This document shows, in pieces, positions 1 to 14,199 of a DNA stretch of 64,000 bases; position 1 is the first letter of the stretch; each line of letters starts with the position of its first letter. The notes under the pieces were generated by a model that was not told the DNA's origin, did no database searches, and saw only the letters and a program-made list of their open reading frames with translations. Origin of the DNA: Mobula hypostoma (Eukaryota); NCBI RefSeq assembly GCF_963921235.1, contig NC_086097.1:157482001-157546000 (forward strand), written 5' to 3'. Position numbers and translations under genes: made by a program.

Positions 1-1971
1 GAAAGGCTGAAGACAGGCAGGGACCTTCCTGCACATTTCAGAGCAATGTCCTACTAACTCAGAAGCCCTAGGCCAAATATTGAAGGAGCAAGATTGTGGC
101 TACAGAACATCAATGAAAGAACTCTTATATTACTGTTATTATTTGCATTAAATTCTATCAGCTTGGGTGTGTCTCCATGACTGCAAACCTTTGACCTTAT
201 TCTCCCTGCTATTGTATTAATGCTCATATTGCAGCTTGGCTTACTCAGCTCTTAGCTGTCAGACTCAAAGCTATCTAGGGTGGTTAGACCACTTCAATCA
301 GGAGGGCAGGGGTAGGACAGGAGACTGGGAGAGATTGGGAGAAAAATGGAAATGGAGGTGCGAGGCAACAGACTAGAGATTAGGTGCAACTGGGAGCAGA
401 CTAGAGGTTGGGAGGACAATAGAAGTTAAGTAGTACAGTAGTACAGCAGGAAGACTGAGCGAGCGCAAAATGTAAAAAAGCCAAGAGAACACCAGAGGAC
501 TAGGGAGGGATAGGTGGAGAGAAGAGGTGGAAAGAAGAACCGTAGGGCTAGAAACTCCATGACTACATACATAGATGTCAACTGTCCACTGGCCTCCATG
601 AACAAGCGGTCCATCATGTTTGTGCAGCACTGACGAGTAAACAGGATAGAAGCAACAGTCCTTTATAAATTTGCCAGACACAGGTAAACACACTTGATTA
701 CTTTACTCACTTTGCAGATGCTGTCTGACCTGCTGGGTGTTTCCAGCGTTTTATGTTTTAATAAGTATATATGATTGACTTAGCCCATTTTGTAAACTCC
801 TTGTTACTGTCTGACTGCAGTCCAACTGTTTTCAAGGCTAAGTTGAGAAATTTAATATAATGGCCAGTAAATAAATATCAGACAGCTTGATGGAAAATGC
901 AGCTAAAACAGACTGCTACAGCAACAGTCTAGCACAGTACAAAAAAAACATGAATGTGGAAGCCAGAAAACAAGCCTCCATTACCAGGGGCACTTGTTAA
1001 TTTTAAACACCACAGTCAATTGTGATAAGAGGGAACCTGATATAATTTACCACCTCCAAGTGGTCTTAAAGAGCAGACAGCAGAAAGCTCATTAACTCTG
1101 CAAATCCTTTCTGCTCTATGAAGGCAGTTCTCGTCCAAAGTACTGATGGATCCAAAATGCCAGTGAGGTAATCCAAGCAGAACCTGAAGACATCTTAAAT
1201 CTTCATGGTCACAAGCGGATCTCCTTTCAATCGATAGATATTAAATTAGTGGCTAATTTAAAGACCATTACCGAAACAAGGACTCTCTGAGTGACACCAA
1301 TATTTTATCAGGATGCTTTAGAAGGTAGCCCAATCAACTCATTCCAAATTTGCAGTACTGTTTTTTTTAAGCTGCAGAACACTGAGATACCTTTCAAACT
1401 GCCTTTCTTCAGGCTGGCTACATTTCTCTGCCAAGAATAGAGTTCCTATTCCAAATAAAATAAACAAATCCGATTTCCCATTTTCACCAAAAAGGTATCT
1501 TTTGTTTTCCAGAAAGTAACAAAACAAATTCTGCAAATCTCACCGTGTGAACAAAGGCATCAATAGAACTTCATTAATATGAGTACATAACATCCCAACT
1601 CTACCTGACACTTAGGGTTAGCTTGTCTGCTTCTGATTGGTTCCTATATAAGCTTTAGCACCAAGGGCTTGGAACTTCATCTTCTCATCCTTAATTCTTA
1701 GCTTACAGGAGAAACTTGAGGGGTAAGTATACATTCATTTGAGGACATAAATAGTGATGGATAAAGTAATAAAACAAAATAGCCAAGAGCAATTTGTGGA
1801 GTCATGAACAAGTGCATAAAGCTGAAAGGTAAAATGTAATTAACTTATCAAACATTTACTAGGCAACTGTGAGCAGGTTTAGGTAATTTATTACAGAAGC
1901 ATTAAGAGTAAAGGACACAAGGAGTAACTATGTTGGCAGAAATTACACCTAGCACAACAGAAGATGACTGT

Positions 1972-2149
1972 AAACAACAGGAATTCTGCAGATGCTGGAA
2001 ATTCAAGCAACACACATAAAAGTTGCTGGTGAACGCAGCAGGCCAGGCAGCATCTCTAGGAAGAGGTGCAGTCGACGTTTTGGGCCGAGACCCTTCGTCA
2101 GGACTAACTGAACGAAGGTCTTGGCCCAAAACGTCGACTGCACCTCTTC
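1972..2149 (-). mobile_element. Short fold-back Penelope-like element terminus with TSD
   Basis: Matches the 3' end of the PLE at 49198-51869. Inverted arms at about 2059-2098 and 2111-2150. Direct repeat cagaagatgactgt at 1958-1971 and 2150-2163. Confidence 0.85.
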
Positions 2150-2239
2150 CAGAAGATGACTGTGTTTGCTGGAAGCCAAACAACTCAGATCCAGAACTAG
2201 GCAGTAGGAGATCCTCAGTTCCTCTGGAGTTGTTACATG

Positions 2240-2940
2240 AAGAACTGCATTGGTGCTGCTTCATACACCCATTCTGGACTCATCAATTTCAGAAACTATG
2301 TCTCGAACTTCCTTCCTGCCAACAAATTTACTTGGTCTATCTCCATTGTTTCGATCTCATCGGCTTCATCTCTGGAGACAGACTATCCATTGTCAACTTT
2401 TACAAACCTACTGACTCTCACAGTTATCTTGACTACATCTCCCCATCTTATCACTTGTAAAAATGCTATTCGTTTCTCACAGTTCCCCTCCACTGCATCT
2501 GTTCTCAGGATGAGGCTTTCCATTCTAGAACATTCTAGATACCCTCTTTTTTCAAAGAACAGTGTTTTCCTTCCACCACCATCAATGCTACTATCACCTG
2601 CATCTACTATATCTGCCCTAATCCCATCCTAGAGTCGCAGAATCATAGAGTACAGCACAGCAACAGGCCCCTAGTCTGTGCCAAACCATTTGAACTGCCT
2701 ACTCCCATCGATCTGTACCATCCTCCCACCATTATACCAGGGATAGAATCCTCATGGTCTTTACATACCATGATTCTCTGCGTTCAGCATATCATTCTCC
2801 ATAAATTCCACCATCTCCAACGGGGTCCTACCAGAAAGCACATCTTTCCCCTCTCCCCTGCCATTTCTTCACTTTCCTATTAGGATTGGTCCCTATCTGA
2901 CTTCCTTGTCCACTCAACCTTCCTCAATGACCATCTTCAA
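2240..2940 (+). mobile_element. Decayed Penelope-like RT fragment
   Basis: FYKPTDSHSYLDY and CKNAIRFSQF resemble the RT at 50115-51149; frameshifted. Confidence 0.8.
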
Positions 2941-3734
2941 AAAAAGTGTAACCAATTCCTCTTCACATTCAATGCTGCAAGCAAAAATCATTCAACATCA
3001 ATTAAACAAGCAGAATATCTCGCTTCTGCACTATTACCTTCCATCAATCTATAATGTTAATTATAAGATTCTCCTTTTATGGATCCCAAGTCATGTTGTT
3101 GTAAGATCCTGCAGACATTTCCAAACTAATTGATATGTACATATAAACAAGAGAAAATCTGCAGACACTGCAAATCCAGAGCAACACACACACAAAGCTG
3201 GAGGAACTCAGCAGGTCAGGCAGCATCCATGGAAATGAATAGACAGTTGATGTTTCGGGACATGTATTCATTCAAAATATTGAAGTCAATCAGAACTTCT
3301 TCCCTGCTAAAGAAGTTTCTTTATGGTCTGAAAAATATTATACTTTATTTAAGTCTTTCACATAAATACATAAATTATTATAAATGCATTTATAATAATG
3401 TGACATCTAACGATTGAGTCACTGGCCTTAATATACATATAATATTATGTTACAGATAATATGATTTGTTTGTGATTTGGTGGCTCCGGGTAAGTTTCAG
3501 CAAAACTGAAGTGTGGTTTCCACGCCAATATTATCCAAGAGAAAAGGCAGAAGTGCAGTATCCAGAGAACAACATACTGTGGACAACGGGGGGGTGGGGG
3601 TGGTGGTAAAGGAATAAAATGCAAAACTGCGTCCAAGTGTATCTCCTCGAATGGTTGGAAATAGACCATGAATGTGATGGGTGCTTATGAAGGCGTTGAA
3701 TATCTGTAGATCAGTGTAAATATTATACTGTACA

Positions 3735-5400
3735 TTAGACCAAACGATAAAGGAGCAGAGCTAGGCCATTTGGTCTGTAGAACTGTTCCACAATTTCATT
3801 ATGGTGGATCCATTTCACTCTAAGCCCCAAACTCCTGTTCGTCCCATAACCCTTCATGGCTTGACTAATCAAGAATCTATCAAACCTTGCCTTAAATATA
3901 CCCAAATATACTACAGCAGCTTTGGCAACAAATTCTACACATTCACCATTCTCTGGGTAAAAAAATTTCTCCTCATCTCCATTTTAAATGGGCGTGCCTC
4001 CATTCTCCAGCTGTGCCCTCTGGTCTTAGACTCTGCCATCACAGGAAACATCCTCTCTATTCAGGCCTTTCACGATTCAATACATTTCAATGAGGTCACC
4101 CCTCATTTTTGTGAATTCCAGTAAGTACAGGCACAGAGCTATCAATCGCTCCTCATATGATAAGCCTTTCAATTCCAGAATCATTTCCATGCACCACCTT
4201 TGAACCTTCTCCAAAGTCAGAACATCGTTTCTTAGAGAAGGGACCCAAAACTGCTCACAATACTCCAAGTGAGGACTCACCAGTGCCCTATAAAGCTTCA
4301 ATATTACATCCTTGTTTTTAATATTACACCATAAGATATAGGAGCAGAATTAAGCGATTTGGCCCATCCAATCTGCTCCACCATTCAATCATGGCTGATC
4401 CTTTTTTTCTCCTTCTCAACTCCATTTCCTGGCCCTCTCCCCATAACCTTTGATGCCATGTCCAATCAAGAACCTATCAATTTCTACCTTAAATACACCC
4501 AATGACCTGGCCTCCACAACTGCACGTAGCAACAAATTTCATAAATTCATCACCCTCTGGCTAAAGAAATTTCGTTACATTTCTGTTTTGAGAGGATACC
4601 CCTCTATCCTGAGGCTGTGCCCTCTTGTCTTAGATGCTCCCATCATGGGACCCTTTCCACATCTACTTTCAACATTTGAAAGGTTTCAATGAAATCCCCC
4701 CTCATCCTTCTAAATTCCAGCAAGGACAGACCCAGGGCCATCAAATATTCCTCGTATGATAACCCTTTCATTCCTGGAATCATCCTTGTGAACCTCCTCA
4801 GGACCCTCTCCAATGCCAGCACATCTCTTCTAAGATGAGGAGCCCAAAAACTGTATACAATATGAAAAGTGAGGCTTCACCAGTGCCTTACAAAGCCTCA
4901 GCATCACATCCCTGCTCTTGTACTCTAGTCCTCTCCAAATTAATGCAAGCATTGCATTTGCCCTTCTCACCACCGATTCAACTTGCAAAGTAACCTTTAG
5001 GGAATCCTGCACAAGGACTCCCGTTCCTTTGCAGCTCCGATTTTTGAATTTTTTCACTGTTTAAAAAATAATCCATGCTTTTTTCTCCTCTACCAAAGTG
5101 CCTGACCATACACTTCCCAACACCGTATTCCATCTGCCACTTATTTGCCCATTCTCCTAATTTGTCTAAATGCCTCAACAATCTCTCCATCCTCCTCTTT
5201 CAGAACCCTGGAGTGTGGACCACCTGGTCCAAGTGATTTATCTATCTTCAGACCTTTCAGTTTCTGAAGCACCTTCTCCCTAGTAATTGCAACTTCACTC
5301 ACTTCTTCCCTCTGACATGCCTGAATGTCCAGCATACTACTAGTTTCTCCCACAATGAAGACCTGATACAGAATACTCATTCAGTTAGTCGGTAATTTCC
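3735..5400 (-). mobile_element. Two adjacent CR1-clade LINE 3' fragments
   Basis: LYRALVSPHLEYCEQFW, RMRGDLIE and LGEWANKWQM motifs; two separate 3' tails near 3740 and 4330. Confidence 0.85.
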
Positions 5401-6075
5401 TTGTCCCCATTATACTATATACATATAGTTTTTTTTGTCCCCTCACTGTATATATATTTGAGCCTCGGTATGGAAAATTCAGAGCACTTAATGAAACACC
5501 TGTACCTGCTATTGAAATGTAACCAGTATTTATTTTCAAGAGACATAGAGCTTATGTATTTCCTCTACATCACTGGGGTTTCATCCTTCAGATGTGATCT
5601 CCATTCTAAGTTGAAGATGACAGCAAAAGAGAGGTGTGGACTGCAGCACTGAAGAAAATAAAATGGCCAGGAAATGTAGGGGTGTAGCTCCAACCCCAAA
5701 CAATGTTACAAGAATGTGATCAGACACCATGAACAATTGTTTCTTTTATATTATCATCAACTAAGCCCCTGTACCGTTCTCTGTAATCCCAGATATAAAT
5801 CATAACATCTGCAACCAAACTTTCTCCTAGATTTTGATCTTTTCCTGAAGTTCCACTGCCACCTCATACACCCACCATCCCATACAAACTATTCCCCCAA
5901 TATACCAACAACCTGTCTGTCAATTAAACAAACTTTCCAATCGAGAGGATAAAATAAAACTTTTCAAGCAATAAGCTCCATTTCCTCCTAGAAATGCCAC
6001 TTAAAGAAACATCCAGACCATTTTGGAATAGAAAGCAATTCCAGGAGTTCATCATTTACAGAAATGCCACCGGTC

Positions 6076-7400
6076 CGACTACAGACCGGTGACATTGACC
6101 TCCCACATCATGAAGACCCTGGAGAGACTTGTTCTGGAGCTGCTCCGGCCTACTGTCAAGCCATACTTAGATCCCCTCCAGTTCGCCCACCAACCCCGAC
6201 GAGGAGTTGAGGATGCCATTGTCTACCTGCTAAACCGTGTCTATGCCCACCTGGACAAGCCAGCGAGCACTGTGAGGGTCATGTTTTTTGTCTTCTCCAG
6301 TGCTTTCAACACCATCTGCCCTGCTCTGTTGGGAGAGAATCTGACAGCGATGTAGGTGGATGCTTTCCTGGTGTCATGGATTCTTGATTACCTGACCGGC
6401 AGACCACAGTGCGTGTGCTTGCAACACTGTGTCCAACAGAATGATCAGCAGCACTGGGGCTCCACAGGGGACTGTCTTGTCTCCCTTTCTCTTCACCATT
6501 TACACCTTGGACTTCAACTACTGCACTGAGTCTTGTCATCTTCAGAAGTTTTCTGAGGACTCTGCCATAGTTGGATGCATCAGCAAGGGAGATGAGGCTG
6601 AGTACAGGGCTACGGTAGGAAACTTTGTCACATGGTGTGAGCAGAATTATCTGCAGCTTAATGTGAAAAAGACTAAGGAGCTGGTGGTAGACCTGAGGAG
6701 AGCTAAGGTAACAGTGACCCCTGTTTCCATCCAGGGGGTCAGTGTGGACATGGTGGAGGATTTCAAATACCTGGGGATACAAATTGACAATAAACTGGAC
6801 TGGTCAAAGAACACTGAGGCTGTCTACAAGAAGGGTCAGAGCCGTCTCTATTTCCTGAGGAGACTGAGGTCCTTTAACATCTGCCGGACGATGCTGAGGA
6901 TGTTCTACGAGTCTGTGGTGGCCAGTGCTATCATGTTTGCTGTTGTGTGCTGGGGCAGCAGGCTGAGGGTGGCAGACACCAACAGAATCAACAACTCATT
7001 CGTAAGGCCGGTGATGTTGTGGGGATGGAACTGGACTCTCTCTTGGTGGTGTCTGAAAAGAGGATGCTGTCTAAGTTGCATGCCATCTTGGTCAATGTCT
7101 CCCATCCACTACATAATGTACTGGTTGGGCACAGGAGTACATTCAGCCAGAGATTCGTTCCACCGAGATGCAACACAGAGTGTTATAGGAAGTCATTCCT
7201 GCCTATGGCCATCAAACTTTGCAACTCCTCCCTTAGAGGGTCAGACATCCTGAGCCAATAGGCTGGTCCTGGACTTATTTCCTGGCATAATTTACATATT
7301 ACTATTTAACTATTTATGGTTTTATTACTATTTATTATTTATGGTGCAACTGTAATGAAAACCAATTTCCCCCGGGGTCAATAAAGTATGACTATAACTA
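6076..7400 (+). mobile_element. Rex1/Babar-clade LINE, 5'-truncated
   Basis: LTSHIMKTLERL, LDPLQFA, SSAFNTI, GAPQGTVLSPFLF, LQLNVKKTKEL; 3' tail aataaagtatgactat; stops and frameshifts. Confidence 0.85.
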
Positions 7401-8637
7401 AATAAGGAGAAGTTAGCATTTTAACTTTGACCCATGTGTTAAAAGTGTGCACTAAAATATAAATTTATTTATAGTAAATCTCTTTACTGCAGGTACATCC
7501 TCCATTCAGAACACATGCCAGATATCAGTAAGCTATTTTGAAATAAAAATGCTCTTTCTTAAATTATACAATATAATAAATAATAGGTAATAATCTTTAA
7601 AAAACACATTGACAAAATGTGGAAACTGATCAAATATCATTCTCATCATTTAAGTTATTAACAACACAATTATGTGAAAGCGTAGCGTATTTCCCCATCA
7701 GTCAACCAGCTCCTGTGAATAATGTCAGAGACCAGTAAAGTACTGTGCATGCTTTTTCCCCAAACAGTTAGTACCTTAAATACTCTGTTAATATTCAGAA
7801 TTATATTTGAATAAAGTATTTATAAAGGAAAGGCCACATGTAGAAACAACAAATTTAACACAGCATGAAAAGTCACTTTAAAAAGCTACAGAAAGTAAAT
7901 GAAATGCAGCCAGATAATTAGCTGATCACTCAGCGGCAATGGCTGACTAACTGCAAGATGTAGGAGGAGGCAGAATCAACTATTTACACAAGGTAAGACT
8001 TACAGAGAACTAGAATGACAACAACAAGTAACTATGTGGACACAGAATCATGGAAATATACAGAACGGAGAAACAGCCACCTGGCCTGACCATCAAGCAT
8101 CCTTTTACATTCATCTCACACTCATCCCGTTTTATTTTCCCTACATTCCCATCAACCCCTCCAAAGCCTACCACTCATCAGCACAGCAAGAACAATTAAC
8201 CAACCAACCCGCATCACAGATTGCCCACAACAAAATTAATCTCAGGTTTATATATGGTGGCATATATGTACTTTGATAATAAATTTACTTTAAACTTTGA
8301 ACATCTTTGCAATGCAGGAAGAAATCAGAGATATTTAAACAGGCATTTAAATACTGAAAGCATAAAAGGATACAGACCTAACACAAGCAAGCAGGATCAA
8401 TGTAGAAGGACAATAAGGTTGACATAGGCCTGTTTCTGTGCCATACAACTCTATGGCACCTGGAGGAAATCGGTATAGTCACAGGGAGAAATGCAAACTC
8501 CACACAGCATAGAACCTGCATGACTGGAGCTGTGAGGAAGTGACTTCTATTGTATGCCACTGTGTCCTTCTTAAACATTGCTGAAAGAAGTTCACGCACT
8601 TATTAATGAACTAGTAAGAGTCTCATGGTCTACTTAC

Positions 8638-8707
8638 TAATTTACTGTTCCATATCCCTTTGATTTGGTGAATCCAACAGATGTTGCCACAACAAGAGCT
8701 GGAAGTC
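8638..8707 (-). CDS. ADGRB1: ADGRB1 exon encoding TM4-ECL2
   Basis: (G)LPALVVATSVGFTKSKGYGTVN(Y). TTTTCTTCTAG acceptor, GTAAGT donor, 70 nt; phase 1 start matches the previous exon. Confidence 0.95.
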
Positions 8708-10708
8708 CTAGAAGAAAATCAAGGCAATTTAGAAACTGACAGCAGCATAAGGTGTTTTTCAAAAAATATGACTTGTGTGTCCAGAATAATTCAGCCTATT
8801 TCTTGTGATTTTACTCGGATATAGTGAAGAGTTTTGAAGTTGTATGTTTCACAACTAATTGAAAGAATGAAACTAAAACTGGAAGGAGGCTATTTGGTTC
8901 AATAACATAAATACTATTCACAGAAGAAAGCCATCCAGGCTTAAATGCTCTGTCACAATCTACTAAATTTCAGGAGTATTTCATCAAATGCATTAAGACT
9001 TCAAATTGAAGATCACAAAGAATATAAGTATGCTGGAAATCTGGAAAAAAAAAGAAAATACTGTAAAAACTCAGCAGCTCAGACAGCAAACTTGAATCAT
9101 CTTTCCATAAATGTTGCCTGACTTCAGAGTATTACCCACATTTTGTAACATGCCATTTCTGAGCATGACTGAATGAGCCTGATGACAATATTATACTGCT
9201 TGCTTCAGTGAACAAGATATTTCAGGCTTCCCACGACCACAGCATAAGTTACAACAAGCTCATGCACCTGCTTCATCAACTCATTCCATTTTGTTTGGTA
9301 TTAGAATCAACAGCAATGGTTTCAGATTGTTTGCTAAATCACCAGATCACCGACTACGGCTCAGTATCTCATCCATCAATCCATCTAATACACAACATCC
9401 TGGCTTTTATGCCCACTCTCAAACTATGACAAGAAGTTAATGTCTCTCTTAATCACTACCAGTTCATGCTGAAAGTCTGTCCCTGCTGCACTTTAAGAAG
9501 GATGCCAAAGCCAGGTAGAGAGGAGATTTAAAACAATTGATAGTGTTGAGGTAATGCAGTTATGGATAACAGGATAAAAGTGTTATTCATCTCCTTAGCT
9601 CACAAATTATATGGAAATACTTGGAAAATCATTTTGGGTTGAAACCGAACAAAGAAACATAAAACATGTTTTCCAATTTTTATTTCATTGTTCACAGGAT
9701 GTGGATGGTACTGGTGAAGCTGGCAGTTCCTTCACAGTTTCCACTGAATTGATGAGGCAATTAAGAGCAATCAAACACATGCATGGATCTGGGGTCATAT
9801 ATTAACCAGACGAGGTGGGAAAGAGAGGTTTCCTTCTGTGAAGGACATTAGTTGACTTTCACGAGTTTAGTAGTTTCCTACTTTCAATTACTGAGATTGG
9901 CTTTAAATTAAATCCGTAGCTATGACTTGAATTTGGTTCATACCTACCATGGTGGAATTTGATCTATCGTCCCTAAATGGTAATGGACTATTTGCCGAAC
10001 TAAACCATTAGTTTCAATCACTGCCCTGGATGAAATTATTCAATAGCTGCTGGGTTGAAAACCAGAGAATATAGATTTAAGTAAACTGGCAAAAGAAACA
10101 GAGAAAACTACAAAAAAATGTTTTAAGTGATCTAGATTTAGAGTGTATTAGCTAAAAACTGTGGATAATACAGATTCAGAAGTGAATATGGGAAGGGATT
10201 GGAATAAATACTGAGAGAAAATAATCACAAGGATATGGGGAAGCTGAATGAAAGACTGGGTAACTAAAAATGGCGACCAAAGGGAGGGGGGCACAGAGAC
10301 AATAAAAGTTGAATGGCTAATTGCTGCTATGGAATATTCTAAGCTTTCATTATTTTTAAGTCTTATGCAATTTTTAGTGTTTGGCTTTTTCTAAAACCAA
10401 GTACATTTCACTGTATCCATTGATCTCAAGGTTGTAATTTCCTTTATATAAATGTGGGGTATAAAGTGTTACTCTTGCCAGGCACTCCCAGTGAGAAATA
10501 AGCTTCGATTAAAAATGCTTAATTCTGAGATAATTTATGATGCAAATCAATTCAGTTCATAAGGAGGTTGGTTTGCAACAACATTTTTTCTTGATCTGTG
10601 AACATTATTGGAGGAAAGAGTGATACTAATATCATTGAGGTCCTTGTTTCCGGGAGGAGGTGGTGGGACATTGGTAAGGAAAAGTCAACAAAGAGAAAGG
10701 TAGAACAA

Positions 10709-11007
10709 CACTCACAACACGCTGGAGGAACTCAGCAGGTCGGGCAGCATCAGTGGAAAAGATCGGTCGACGTTTCGGGCCGGAACTCTTCGTCGGGACT
10801 GTAGGGGAAGGGGCAGAGGCCCTATAAAGAAGGTGGGGGGAGGCCCTTCTTTATAGGGCCTCTGCCCCTTCCCCTACAGTCCCGACGAAGGGTTCCAGCC
10901 CGAAACGTCGACCGATCTTTTCCACTGATGCTGTCCGACCTGCTGAGTTCCTCCAGCGTGTTGTGAGTGTTGCTTTGACCCCAGCATCTGCAGATTATTT
11001 TGTGTTT
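10709..11007 (+). mobile_element. Fold-back Penelope-like terminus with long inverted arms and TSD
   Basis: Arms at about 10706-10833 and 10845-10972 are near-perfect reverse complements. TSD aaggtagaacaa at 10697-10708 and 11008-11019. Confidence 0.9.
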
Positions 11008-11418
11008 AAGGTAGAACAATATTGTAAGAAAACATTTCTTGAGGAATTAATGGGTCAAAGAATGGATGCCGTGGACATCACAGGCACAACCCTCCCATCA
11101 TTGATGACACCTTCAAGAAGTAGTGACTCAAGAAGGTATCATTCATCATTAAGACCTCACCATCTTAATACTACCATTAGGGGGGAAATAGAGGTCCTTG
11201 AAGACCTACACTCAATGACTCAAAAATAGCTTATTGCCCTCCCTCATCAGATTTCTGAACAGTCCAACACTACCTCACCACTCCTTGTATTTTGCACTAT
11301 TTATTTTGTAACTTATGACTTTTTTTGTAATTTTGTCTTTGCACTGCATTGTTGCTGCAAAACAACAAATTTCACATGTAAGACAGTAATAATAAACATG
11401 ATTCTGATTCATCTAGAC

Positions 11419-11498
11419 CAGGGGTTCCCAAACTTTTTTATGCCAGGGACCAATACCATTAAACAAGAAGCCTGTGGATCCCTAGTTGGGAACCAATG
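11419..11498. mobile_element. Small hAT-like MITE
   Basis: Ends caggggttcccaa / ttgggaaccaatg; imperfect 8-bp flanks atctagac / aactagac. Confidence 0.6.
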
Positions 11499-11679
11499 AA
11501 CTAGACTAAAATTGGAACACACTCAATGAGATCAACAGTCTGTTACTGCACCATGTTTCCTATGCATGTGTCCTTTATCTTGAGGATAACATATAATAGT
11601 GATTTCTAATCCAATGCACAATCTTTTATTGCATTTCGAATTGTAAGTAGACAGCACGAATGCAGCAGGCCGTGTTGGT

Positions 11680-11900
11680 GTCTCTTGCAACCCAGGTTCA
11701 ATCCTGACCTCTAGCGCTGTCCGTGTGGAGTTTGAAAGTTCTCCCCGTGACTGCCAGCATTTCCTCCAAATGTTTCAGTTTCCTCCCGGTTGTGCCAGGT
11801 TAATTGGCCAATGTACACTATCCGAAGTGTGGCCAGAGGATCAGGAAGGATTTGATAGGTATGTGAGGGGGAGCAGGATTCATGGGAAAGCTTGGAGATG
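11680..11900 (+). mobile_element. tRNA-derived SINE remnant (V-SINE/HE1-like)
   Basis: B-box-like ggttcaatcc followed by gctgtccgtgtggagtttg...ttctccccgtgac, the typical V-SINE core. Confidence 0.55.
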
Positions 11901-14199
11901 TGGCAGAAACTTGATAAGCCAAATGGCAGACCACATACAAAAAAAATTAGGCAGATCGATTAATATGTCATACTTTCCAGATCTCTGTTGGGTTACAGTT
12001 TTATGGGTACAAAACATCTTTCTGGAGAGTTGAATAAGCACATAAAGTTAAAGGAGTGCAATTATGAGGCCATGAAAGCAGAGCTGTCTAAAGTAAAAAG
12101 GCATATTCATTTTAGGGGGCCAGTCAGGATGCAGAGGTAGATATTTAAGGGGATTATTAAGAATGCATGGAATCAGTACATCCAACAAGAAAGTAAAATT
12201 CAACGTTGAGGTGATCATCTGTTGTTATCTAAGAGTTAAAAATTGGCTCACACTTCAAGAAAACAGCATATAATTGTGCAAAGACAAGCAGATGGTCATA
12301 AGATTAGTTGGAATATACATAGCAGCAATGAATAACTAATAGTTTAATAAGGAAGGATAAATTAGAATTAGCTAGAAATATTTTAAAAAGTTTATAAGGG
12401 TTTATTTGCACATTTAAAAATGCAAATGGTCTTTCGTTGATTCTATTATGGTTAATATTTTGTTATGGATTTACTGTGTATGCCCCTAAGAAAATGAATC
12501 TCAGGGTTGAATATGGTGACATACATGTACTTTGATGATAAAGTTACTTTGAACATGTTGAGAAAATTGAAATGGGGGATATACAGCAGAAGTGAGTCGC
12601 AAACATCCAGCCTATGGAATACAATGAGAAACATGCATCTGCAATCTTTGTCAGGAAATAAATTAAATAGAAGCTCATTATCTAATAGGTGAGAGCCTGA
12701 AGAGCTATGATGCAGGGGAATCTGGATGGCTAATAGCATAATAATCAAATGGCTATTCTGAAGGTAAAGAAAACTAATGAGGGAAATTGAATTCAAAAGA
12801 GAGGTTATGCTTCAGCCTGAAAATATCTGATGCTGCCATGTTGTGAGTAATGTGTACGAAACTGGTCTCATTACTTAAGGCAAGAAGTTAATATGCAGTA
12901 AGCAATTAAGAAAAGGCTTTGAAAGGATGGATGTTAAAAGAAGGTTCCTTCATGGAAAAAAATATGCCAGCAAGCAAATAAACTTAGTTCATTTAAGAAA
13001 AGCATCTGGTGATTTTTTTCCTGAAAAACATGAGTCCTTGGAGTTCATTTCGACAAGAGGTCATGGGAAAAGTGTCTTTATAGATATGACAGAAGCAGAC
13101 CGTTTCCAGATGAACATGGGAGTGAAAGGGTAGCAATGTATCTTATTGAGTAGTGAAACAGGATCAAGGCACTGAGTAGCCACCCCCTCCAAACGCAGGT
13201 GTTCATATTTGCGAGATTTCCATAATTAAGGATCGCTAAACTTTAAACACTGAAACCAGGAACTCACATTTATGTAAGTTATTTAATAAAATGTGGGTGA
13301 AATTAGTAATATTTGTGCTGGTTGAAACAGTCCACACATTCAGTTATTCTTCAGCATAAAACTGGCAAAAACAATGCTTCTTAAGTACCTAAAATTTTTG
13401 ATTGCCAGTCATGAAACAAAGTTGCATCTATCAAATCTTATTACTCACTTTTAAATTGAAGCAAATCTGAACATTCTGAATAATAAGTTTAACACAATAC
13501 AACTCACTACTAAACTAAAACCATTTTATGTCCTCTCTTCTTCACTGCTTCAATGTTGCTGTGGCAGTTTACTACTGTTTTTTCTCAAGGGAAATACAGA
13601 CATTTATTACGTTCCATATTTAGAAAGCAGGTTACAATGCAAAAAACCCCAAGATCCCAAGAGAACCTGAAAGCTCAACTCAGCATGAAAGCAATTTGGA
13701 TTTCTAAATCTGTGCTATTACACTGGGGACAAAAGGCTGGATTACAGAGTTCAAAATTTCTTTGGACTTCAGGTACATTGTGGGAGCCAGATTTGAAAAG
13801 TGAGAGGGGCCAGTTGGGACATTCTTCATTCTTCAGATCATAAGAAGCCGTCAAATTGTGCATTATGGGAAACATGAACAGGGCCAGACGGGACATTCTG
13901 TGCACTAGAGGTCATGGGGTAATTAGACACTTGGCAAGGGCCAAAAGAATGAAGTTAGGTTTAAGTGTTGTGCCTATCATGGGAGTGTGTGCACCTGAAC
14001 TGAAAGAGCACCAATATCCTTGCTGGAAGGTTTGTTAGTGCTGCTCCAGGGCTTAAAATTAGAGTTGCAGAGGGATGGGAACCAGAGAGCCAGGATCGAC
14101 AGAGGAGTGATTTGGGAAAAGATGTTGTTAAGCCTACAAACAAAGATAGGAACTGAAAGACTGAGCATGTGGTAATAATGTTCTGAATTGTGCCTATTT

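Noticed and set aside
373..693. Hydrophobic minus-strand ORF as a further transmembrane exon
   Set aside because: No similarity to the expected next exon (CWLSLEGGLLYAF); low-complexity purine-rich sequence. I did not find that exon, or the exon before the GPS exon, in the window.
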